The position numbers and the translations under genes were made by a program. Below are positions 57,103 to 64,000 of a DNA stretch of 64,000 bases, one piece after another; position 1 is the stretch's first letter; each line of letters starts with the position of its first letter. The notes under the pieces were generated by a model. The model saw only the letters and a program-made list of their open reading frames with translations, was not told the origin of the DNA and made no database searches. Location: positions 96,001 to 160,000 of the forward strand of contig JAWSUS010000002.1 in assembly GCA_033549025.1 (NCBI GenBank), read 5' to 3'. This DNA is from Desulfuromonadales bacterium. GTDB taxonomy: Bacteria > Desulfobacterota > Desulfuromonadia > Desulfuromonadales > SZUA-540.

Positions 57103-57672
57103 ATGACAGGCTGGATCGTTCTCGCTGCTTTCCTGTTGATTCTCGCAGCCCTGATTCTGTACGCCGTAATCCTGTACAACGGTTTTATCCACCTGAAAAA
57201 CACCATCGACAAAGCCTGGAGCAATATCGACGTGCTGCTCAAACAGCGCTTCGACGAATTGCCCAAACTCATCAAGGTCTGCGAAGGCTACATGCAGCAC
57301 GAGCAGAAGACCCTGGAAGAAGTCGTCAAGGCCCGCTCGGCTATCAATAACGCCGGCAGCGACCAGGAGAGGATGGGAGCCCAGAACGCCCTGACCGAGA
57401 CGTTGCGCTCTCTCTTCATGGTGGTGGAGCGCTACCCCGACCTCAAGGCCGATGTCGCCTTCCGCAATCTCGGGGCCCGCATCAGTGAGCTGGAGGACCA
57501 GATCGCCGACCGGCGCGAGCTGTACAACGAGTCGGTCACCTTCTACAATATCCGCCTCGACCAGTTCCCCGACCTCGTCATCGCCCGGCTTTTCCACTTC
57601 ACGCCCCGCACCCTCTGGCAGATCGACCCGGCCCACCGGCAGGATGTTCAGGTCGCTTTTGCCCACCACTAA
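57103..57672 (+). CDS. lemA: LemA family protein
   Basis: YN...AWSNIDVLLKQRFDELP, ERYPDLKAD, RELYN, FP. Confidence 0.93.
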   Translation: MTGWIVLAAFLLILAALILYAVILYNGFIHLKNTIDKAWSNIDVLLKQRFDELPKLIKVCEGYMQHEQKTLEEVVKARSAINNAGSDQERMGAQNALTETLRSLFMVVERYPDLKADVAFRNLGARISELEDQIADRRELYNESVTFYNIRLDQFPDLVIARLFHFTPRTLWQIDPAHRQDVQVAFAHH

Positions 57673-57753
57673 AGAGAAGGGCGGAGGTGCTGACCCCGTT
57701 CTTCATGGAGTCTTTTTCGTGTTCCGATTTGTGAAACAGCCTGGAGTCCGCCC

Positions 57754-58236
57754 ATGAGCGCCGTCGGCATGACCTACCTGGTCCTCATTCTGATTGCCTA
57801 CGGCTTCAGCTCCAGCAATTCCCCGGAGAAGACGCGAAAGAGTCTCAAGATCGCCGGGCTGTCCCTGTGGCGCCTCTTTCCCCTGCTCGTCGCCGTCTTC
57901 GGCCTGGTCGGCCTTTTTCAGGTCTTTATCCCGCCGGAACTGATTGAAAAAATTCTGGGCGAATCTTCCGGCCCCATCAGTCTTCTGCTCGGTGGCGGCA
58001 TGGGTGCTATCGCCATCGGCCCGCCGGCGGCGGCCTTCCCCCTGGCCGGCACCCTGCTCACCGCCGGCGCCTGGCCGCCGGCCATCGCCGCCTTCATTGT
58101 CTCCTGGGTCTCCGTCGGCGTGGTGACCCTGCCTTTTGAGATGGGCGTCTTCGGCGCCCGCTACGCCCTGCTGCGCAACGGCATGGCCTTTGTCGCCGCC
58201 CTCGTCATCGGGCTGCTCATGGGAGCGATTCTATGA
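57754..58236 (+). CDS. Predicted permease (DUF318-like half), subunit 1
   Basis: Hydrophobic; IGPPAAAFPL, TLPFE...FG...RN. Confidence 0.75.
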   Translation: MSAVGMTYLVLILIAYGFSSSNSPEKTRKSLKIAGLSLWRLFPLLVAVFGLVGLFQVFIPPELIEKILGESSGPISLLLGGGMGAIAIGPPAAAFPLAGTLLTAGAWPPAIAAFIVSWVSVGVVTLPFEMGVFGARYALLRNGMAFVAALVIGLLMGAIL

Positions 58237-58784
58237 CACCGGCGGCCGCCCTCCTCGACAAAGGGATCAAGCTGCTGCGCTCCCAGTGGCTGCTGCTGTC
58301 CGTGGTCGTCCTCTACCTGTGGGCCTTTCAGGTCGCCCCGGAGCGGGCGCAGGAAGCCCTGGCGGTGAGCGGACGTACCTTTGGCTCCGTGCTGCTCATC
58401 ATTATTTCGGTCTTTGGTCTGATGGGATTGCTGCAGGTGTGGATCAGCCGCGACAAGGTCGCCGCCATGCTGGGCAAGGAAGGGGGCTGGAAAGCCCTGG
58501 TGATCGCCGCTGCCTGCGGCACGGTGCTTATCGGGCCGGCCTACATCATCTTCCCCCTGCTGCAGAGCATCCGCGCGCAGGGCGCGCGCTGGGCGGTCAT
58601 TACCGCCGTGCTGGCCGCCTATGCCGTGAAGATTCCGATGATTCCCCTGGAGGTGCAGTTTCTCGGCTGGAGCTTCTCCATCTCCCGCTCCGTCCTTACC
58701 ATTCTCACCGCCATCCCCATCGGCCTGCTGGTCGAAGCCCTTATGGAATGGCGGCCTGCGCCCTATGGCAACAGGCCGCGCTGA
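58233..58784 (+). CDS. Predicted permease (DUF318-like half), subunit 2
   Basis: Hydrophobic; IGPAYIIFPL, KIPMIPLEVQFLG; ATGA overlap with the previous gene. Confidence 0.75.
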   Translation: MTPAAALLDKGIKLLRSQWLLLSVVVLYLWAFQVAPERAQEALAVSGRTFGSVLLIIISVFGLMGLLQVWISRDKVAAMLGKEGGWKALVIAAACGTVLIGPAYIIFPLLQSIRAQGARWAVITAVLAAYAVKIPMIPLEVQFLGWSFSISRSVLTILTAIPIGLLVEALMEWRPAPYGNRPR

Positions 58785-58924
58785 AGAGAATCCGCAAGGC
58801 GCCAAGGCTTCCGCACCCCTTCGAAACAGCGATACAAGGCGTCGCTGCCGGTGGAAACCCATTTTTTCGTAAACCTTTTTCAGCTGCAGCCGTCCAATGG
58901 GTATCTTCGTCTCCAGGAGAATCC

Positions 58925-59134
58925 ATGTCCGCTGAATCCAGATGGCTCAAAACCCTGAAGCAGGTCCAGCGCTGGGAGGCTACCAGCGACCCGGAATATC
59001 CCTTCTCCACCACCTGGTGCAACCAGGAACTGCACATCCGCTTCAACCGCGCGAAAAACACCACCTCCATGACCCTCTTGGTTGACGGAAGCCCCGTTCT
59101 CGATTTTGACGACTGGCCTGACCGCTCCTTCTAA
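58925..59134 (+). CDS. Small hypothetical protein (69 aa)
   Basis: AGGAG RBS then MSAESRW...DFDDWPDRSF; fills an otherwise empty gap. Confidence 0.55.
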   Translation: MSAESRWLKTLKQVQRWEATSDPEYPFSTTWCNQELHIRFNRAKNTTSMTLLVDGSPVLDFDDWPDRSF

Positions 59135-59826
59135 GTTTTGTCGGCGGGGGATGGCGGCGGGCCTTGCAGACCCAGCGCCCGCCAGTCGCAGGCCGTGTAA
59201 TCGGCCAGCAGAGCGAGGGGGATGAAGGTGTCGACCTCGTGAACGGGATATCCTGTCAACTGCTGCGTCAACTCCCGCATCAACTGGAGCTGCTGGAGAA
59301 AGGTCTGCCGAAAGTGCCAGCGCAGCTCGGCCTTTTGGCGCGGATCCTCCCCTACAAAGTTCAAGGTACACCATTCCTCGGCAAAAACCTCCCCATTCAC
59401 ATCGACATGGGGCAGACCGTGCAGACGGCAGGTCAGTGGCCGCGCCTCATAGACCAGGCACAGCCCCTGTTCATCGAGCAGGGGGCAGGGAGTGAGATCG
59501 TCTTCGGGGGTCTCCATCCACTCTTCGTGGGGGAGCAGGTTGAGAAGATAGGGGGGTCGCAGCTGCGGCCACTCCTTCTGCAGGGCCTGCAAACGCACCT
59601 GCGCCTTGGCCAGCACCGGCTGGCGCACCGCGGCGGGCAGGCGATCGAAAGCCTCTTTGAGCAGCCAGGCATCGAGCAAGGTGATATCGAAGAGGCCCCG
59701 GCAACACTGGGCGCACCCCTTTCGGCAGGCGATGGCCTCTCCGGCTGACTTGACAGCCCCGTCGAACCAGCGATCCACCCTCTTCAGCAATTGTTCGTAG
59801 TCCCGCAGAATCGAGCTGGTTTCCAT
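59131..59826 (-). CDS. YkgJ-family cysteine-cluster protein
   Basis: CRKGCAQCC, CPLL, CLVYEARPLTCR. Confidence 0.88.
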   Translation of the reverse strand: METSSILRDYEQLLKRVDRWFDGAVKSAGEAIACRKGCAQCCRGLFDITLLDAWLLKEAFDRLPAAVRQPVLAKAQVRLQALQKEWPQLRPPYLLNLLPHEEWMETPEDDLTPCPLLDEQGLCLVYEARPLTCRLHGLPHVDVNGEVFAEEWCTLNFVGEDPRQKAELRWHFRQTFLQQLQLMRELTQQLTGYPVHEVDTFIPLALLADYTACDWRALGLQGPPPSPADKT

Positions 59827-59838
59827 GGCGACCTCGAC

Positions 59839-60978
59839 TCAGGCCCCTTGGGGGCGGGGTATGCGCTGCACGGCGACCAGTGAAATCAGGCTCATCACCG
59901 CCCCGGCCACAAAAGGAATACTGTAGTCGACCATCCACAGGGCGCCGCCGATGGCGGGGATGACGACAGCGGCGATGTGGTTGATGGTGAAGCTCACGGC
60001 CATACTCGGGGCGATATCCCCCGGCTCGGCGATCTTCTGGAAATAGGTGCGGATGGCGATGGCGAAGTTGAAAAGGATATGGTCAAGGATGTACATCACC
60101 ACGACGACCCAGCGTGACTCGGTGGTGGCATAAAGCAGAAAGATGACAATCAGGCCGGCATATTCCACCGAGAGGACGGCGCGCTCGCCGAAACGCACGA
60201 TGGCCCGGCCGATGGCGGGACTGAGAAAGAAGTTGATGGCGTTGTTGACGACGAAGAGCAGGGTTATCTCCGTCACCGAGAAGGCAAAGACCTTGACCAT
60301 GAGAAACACGGCAAAGGCCATGAAGATCTGACGCCGCGCTCCGGACATGAAGGTGAGGAAATAGAAGAGGGCGTATTGGCGGCGGAAAACCATCTCGGTG
60401 CGCTGGGGGGCCAGGTTGCGGTGGGTGGGATCCTGCCAGAGCCCCCAGATGCCGGCCGCCGTCACCAGGGCGCCGATGACCAGAAACATGGTGCGGTAGC
60501 TCAGGCTCTGGCCCATGAGGAAGATCAGCAGGCCGACGAGGATGCTGGTGGCCGCCGCCAGGCTGCGCAGGCGGCCGAAGATGAGGGGCGAGACGGCGGT
60601 GCTGAAATACTGCAGGGTGAGGGACTGGTTGGTGGTCTCGTAGTAGTGAAAGCCGAAGCTCATGATGAGGGTGGTCAGGATGAGGCCAAGATAGCTGGGG
60701 AAAAAGCCCGTCAGCCCGACGCCCAGACCGAGCAGGGTCACGGACAGGGCCGACAGGCGGTGCTCCCGCAGGACGAGCAGGACGAAAACGGCCAGCAGGG
60801 CCAGAAATCCGGGAACCTCGCGGATGGAGCCGAGCATGCCGATCTGCTGTCCGTTGAGACCGGCTTCCTCGACGGCGAAATTGTTGAAGAGGATCATCCA
60901 GCCCTGCAGGCCGACCACCGAGGCCGTGCTCTGGACGATCAAAAAGCGCAGCATAGGCCGCTGTTCATCGCGAATCAT
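59839..60978 (-). CDS. MFS transporter
   Basis: About 12 TM helices; REVPG, SGARRQIF, INHIAAV. Confidence 0.85.
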   Translation of the reverse strand: MIRDEQRPMLRFLIVQSTASVVGLQGWMILFNNFAVEEAGLNGQQIGMLGSIREVPGFLALLAVFVLLVLREHRLSALSVTLLGLGVGLTGFFPSYLGLILTTLIMSFGFHYYETTNQSLTLQYFSTAVSPLIFGRLRSLAAATSILVGLLIFLMGQSLSYRTMFLVIGALVTAAGIWGLWQDPTHRNLAPQRTEMVFRRQYALFYFLTFMSGARRQIFMAFAVFLMVKVFAFSVTEITLLFVVNNAINFFLSPAIGRAIVRFGERAVLSVEYAGLIVIFLLYATTESRWVVVVMYILDHILFNFAIAIRTYFQKIAEPGDIAPSMAVSFTINHIAAVVIPAIGGALWMVDYSIPFVAGAVMSLISLVAVQRIPRPQGA

Positions 60979-60996
60979 AGTCGATCAGCCAGCCCG

Positions 60997-62205
60997 TTAT
61001 TTTTTCTTCTTGCGGTCGGCCTGACGCAGCAGATCGCCCAGGGTTCCCATGGAGGAGGCAGGCTGCTCCTGCAGGTAGGCGCCGAAATCCTCCTGAGCCT
61101 CGACCACTTTGCTCTCGGTTTCACTGCCGACCAGAGCCAGGGAGATGCGGCGGCTCTGACTATCCACCGATTCGACCCGCACCTCCAGCTGTTGCCCTTC
61201 CTGCACGACCTCGCGGGGATGGTTGATGCGCTTGCCGCCGCCCAGCTTGGAGATATGAATGAGGCCGTCGATACCGTCGGCGAGGGTGACAAAGGCGCCA
61301 AAAGGCGTTAGGCGCGCGACCTTTCCCTGCTGCACGGAGCCTTCGGGGAACTGCAGGGGCGCCCGCTCCCAGGGATCGGCCAGGGTCTCTTTCAGACTGA
61401 AGGAAAAGCGCTGATTGTCCCAATCGAGCTTCTTGATGACCACCTGGACCTGCTGGCCGACGGCGAGGGCCTCGCCGATATCCTCGACCCGGCCCCAACC
61501 GACTTCCGAGATAGGCAGCAGCCCCTCCAGACCGCCGATGTCGACAAAGGCGCCGAAATCGCGCAGAGAGGTGACGGTGCCGGCCACGGTCATCCCTTCC
61601 TGCAGGGTCTGCCGCAGCTGCTCCCGCTGCTGTTGCTGCTCCTCCTCCAGAATAGCGCGGTGCGATACCACGATATTGCGCCCCTGCTCTTCATAGCGGC
61701 TGATTTTGAAGGGCAGATGGCGCCCGACGAACTGACCCGGATCCTCGGTGCGGCGCAGGGCCATCTGTGAATAGGGGCAGAAGGCCCGCGCCTGGCCGGC
61801 CAGCTTGACCTCGTAGCCCCCCTTGATCTCCTTTTCCACCAGTCCGTCCACGGGGATGCCGCTGCGCCAGGCTTCTTCCAGCTGGGCGCTGCCGGTGCCG
61901 GCGCCTCCCATGCGGGTGGTGAAGCGCAGCTCCCCGCCGCGGCGGGAGACGAAATAGGCCGCGATGACCTCGCCTTCGGCGACGGTCAGCCGGCCCTCGG
62001 CATCGAGAAGCTCCTTGCGATCGAGCACCCCCTCACCCTTCTGGCCGACGTCAAGAAAGATCCAATCGGCGGTAATCTTCAGGATGTTTGCCTCTACCTT
62101 CTGTCCCGGCGTCAGCTCCATCCCACCGACAAAGCTCTGTTCGAGCAAATCGGCAAAGCTCTCTTCCCCGTCGTTTTCTTCGTCTTCCCAGCGATCATCC
62201 ACCAT
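60997..62205 (-). CDS. rpsA: Ribosomal protein S1-like protein, four S1 domains
   Basis: FGAFVDIGGLEGLLPISE and FGAFVTLADGIDGLIHIS repeats; GTLGDLL tail. Confidence 0.8.
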   Translation of the reverse strand: MVDDRWEDEENDGEESFADLLEQSFVGGMELTPGQKVEANILKITADWIFLDVGQKGEGVLDRKELLDAEGRLTVAEGEVIAAYFVSRRGGELRFTTRMGGAGTGSAQLEEAWRSGIPVDGLVEKEIKGGYEVKLAGQARAFCPYSQMALRRTEDPGQFVGRHLPFKISRYEEQGRNIVVSHRAILEEEQQQQREQLRQTLQEGMTVAGTVTSLRDFGAFVDIGGLEGLLPISEVGWGRVEDIGEALAVGQQVQVVIKKLDWDNQRFSFSLKETLADPWERAPLQFPEGSVQQGKVARLTPFGAFVTLADGIDGLIHISKLGGGKRINHPREVVQEGQQLEVRVESVDSQSRRISLALVGSETESKVVEAQEDFGAYLQEQPASSMGTLGDLLRQADRKKKK

Positions 62206-62385
62206 GGTTTCCTCCCCCGCATATTCTGAAATGCTGGTCCCTATGAACCTGGCGCATTCTACGTGCCCCCCGGAAAAAGTGCAAGCAGACCCTCTCCGTC
62301 GCGCCGAAAAAAGACCTTGTTAGCACAAACTGGGACATGATAAAGTATTTGATTTTCAACCGCCAAATCACAGAAAGAAATCCAT

Positions 62386-64000
62386 TTGTCCCACAACGAC
62401 TTACACCATATTTTTTCTCAGATCAATCGCCCTTCGCGCTACCTGGGCGGCGAACTGGGCAGCATCAAAAAAGACGAGGAAACGGTCGACCTGCGCTTTG
62501 CCCTGGCCTTCCCCGATGTCTACGAAGTGGGCATGAGCCACCTGGGCTTCGCCATTCTCTACTCGGTGCTCAACGCCCAGGCGTCCATTGCGGCCGAGCG
62601 CGTCTACGCGCCCTGGCCCGACATGGAGGCGCATCTGCGCGCCAGCGGCACCCCCTTGACCTCTCTGGAAACGGAACGTCCCTTAAGCGACTTCGACCTG
62701 GTCGGCTTTACCCTGCAGTACGAGTTGTCCTACAGCAACGTGCTCAATATGCTCGATCTGGGCGGCATCCCCCGCCGGCGCCAGCAACGCGACGACACCC
62801 ACCCCCTGGTGGTCGTTGGCGGCCCCTGTGCCTACAACCCTGAACCGCTGGCCGACTTCTTCGACTGCGCCGTCATCGGCGATGCCGAGGAGGCGGTGAT
62901 CGAACTCTGCGAGGCAGTCCGCGTTTCCAAGGCCGCCCAGGAGGATCGCGACACCTTGCTGCGGCGGCTGAGCGCCATCGAAGGCGTCTACGTACCCTCT
63001 TTGTTCGAGGTGCGCTATCACGAGGACGGCACCATCGCCGCCATCGAGCCCGAAAGAGCTGAATACGCCCGCGTCCAGCGGCGCTTTCTCGATGACCTGG
63101 AGGCCGCCCCCTATCCCACGGCGCCCATCGTCCCCTTCATGAATACCGTGCATAACCGCGTCGCCATGGAAATCGCCCGCGGCTGCACCCGCGGCTGCCG
63201 CTTCTGCCAGGCGGGCTATATCTACCGGCCGGTGCGCGAGCGCAGTCCGCAAAAGATCGTCGAACTTATCGACCAGGCCCTGGAAGGTTCCGGCTACGAG
63301 GAAGTCTCCCTGCTCTCCCTGTCGACCGGCGACTACAGCTGCATCGAGCCGCTGCTTAAAGAATTGATGGACCGCTACGCCCGCCGCAAGGTAGCCGTCT
63401 CGCTTCCCAGCCTGCGCGTCGGCTCGCTGACGCCGGAGCTGATGGAAGAGATCAAAAAAGTGCGCAAGACCGGCTTCACCCTCGCCCCCGAGGCCGGCAC
63501 CGAGCGACTGCGCCAGGTCATCAACAAGGGGATCACCGAAGAAGACCTGCTCACCGCCACTCACAACGCTTTCACTTTGGGCTGGCGCCGCATCAAACTC
63601 TATTTCATGATGGGCCTGCCGACGGAAACCGATGAGGACATCGCAGCCATCATCGACCTGGCCGTCATGGTCAAGCGCAGCGGCAAGGGGACGGAAGGCG
63701 GCGCCGACGTGGCCCCATCCGTGTCGACCTTCGTGCCCAAGGCCCACACCCCGTTTCAGTGGGAAGCGCAGATCGGTATCGACGAGACCCGGCGACGCCA
63801 GCATATCCTGCGCGAGGGCCTGAAAAACCGCAAAATGCGGCTGAAATGGCACGACGCCGAGCTCTCCTTTCTCGAAGGGGTCTTCGCCCGGGGCGATCGA
63901 CGCCTGGGCCGGGTGCTCGAACGAGCCGTCGATCTCGGCTGCCGTTTTGACGGCTGGCAGGAGCATTTCGACTTTGCCCGCTGGATGCAGGCCTTCGCCG
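62386..64000 (+). CDS. B12-binding radical SAM protein (TIGR03960-like), runs off the window; absent from ORF track
   Basis: Open frame from TTG 62386: RPSRYLGGE, AFPDVYEVGMSHLG, GFTLQYEL, EIARGCTRGCRFC (CxxxCxxC), TLAPEAG, LYFMMGLP. Confidence 0.9.
   Translation, partial: MSHNDLHHIFSQINRPSRYLGGELGSIKKDEETVDLRFALAFPDVYEVGMSHLGFAILYSVLNAQASIAAERVYAPWPDMEAHLRASGTPLTSLETERPLSDFDLVGFTLQYELSYSNVLNMLDLGGIPRRRQQRDDTHPLVVVGGPCAYNPEPLADFFDCAVIGDAEEAVIELCEAVRVSKAAQEDRDTLLRRLSAIEGVYVPSLFEVRYHEDGTIAAIEPERAEYARVQRRFLDDLEAAPYPTAPIVPFMNTVHNRVAMEIARGCTRGCRFCQAGYIYRPVRERSPQKIVELIDQALEGSGYEEVSLLSLSTGDYSCIEPLLKELMDRYARRKVAVSLPSLRVGSLTPELMEEIKKVRKTGFTLAPEAGTERLRQVINKGITEEDLLTATHNAFTLGWRRIKLYFMMGLPTETDEDIAAIIDLAVMVKRSGKGTEGGADVAPSVSTFVPKAHTPFQWEAQIGIDETRRRQHILREGLKNRKMRLKWHDAELSFLEGVFARGDRRLGRVLERAVDLGCRFDGWQEHFDFARWMQAFA

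Noticed and set aside
62683..63966. 427-aa - strand ORF
   Set aside because: Shadow of the + strand radical SAM gene, which the track missed because it has no stop in the window

Overview
GC-rich chromosomal window, most consistent with a Desulfuromonas/Geobacter-like deltaproteobacterium (inferred from sfrAB, a multiheme cytochrome and an HgtR-like operator). Most of it is housekeeping and energy metabolism: the 3' part of a nuoF-N operon, apbE, sfrBA, a bifunctional homocysteine methyltransferase/MTHFR, def-fmt-DUF116-rsmB-rpe, sucCD, transaldolase, folK, moxR-DUF58-transglutaminase, pcnB, miaA, radC, a U32 protein, lemA, an S1 protein and a partial B12-radical SAM gene. The notable part is an accessory island at about 35.2-43.5 kb. 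Its AT-rich left half (35.2-38.8 kb) holds an integron cassette array with no integrase in the window: three complete attC sites, one half attC, three intact cassettes and one truncated cassette. The array is bracketed by a 26-bp inverted repeat (25/26 match). The 18-bp core of that repeat also forms perfect terminal inverted repeats around the adjacent intact REP-associated-type HUH/Y1 tyrosine transposase (RAYT) gene. Upstream of the array lie stacked 3'-end remnants of other RAYT-like elements. This architecture suggests, as a hypothesis only, that RAYT-type elements capture or move fragments of integron cassette arrays. The right half of the island carries a hipBA-like toxin-antitoxin pair with operators, a YjhP methyltransferase, an APC permease and a hemerythrin. 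No tRNA, rRNA or CRISPR array was recognised. All calls come from reading motifs by eye; no database searches were run.
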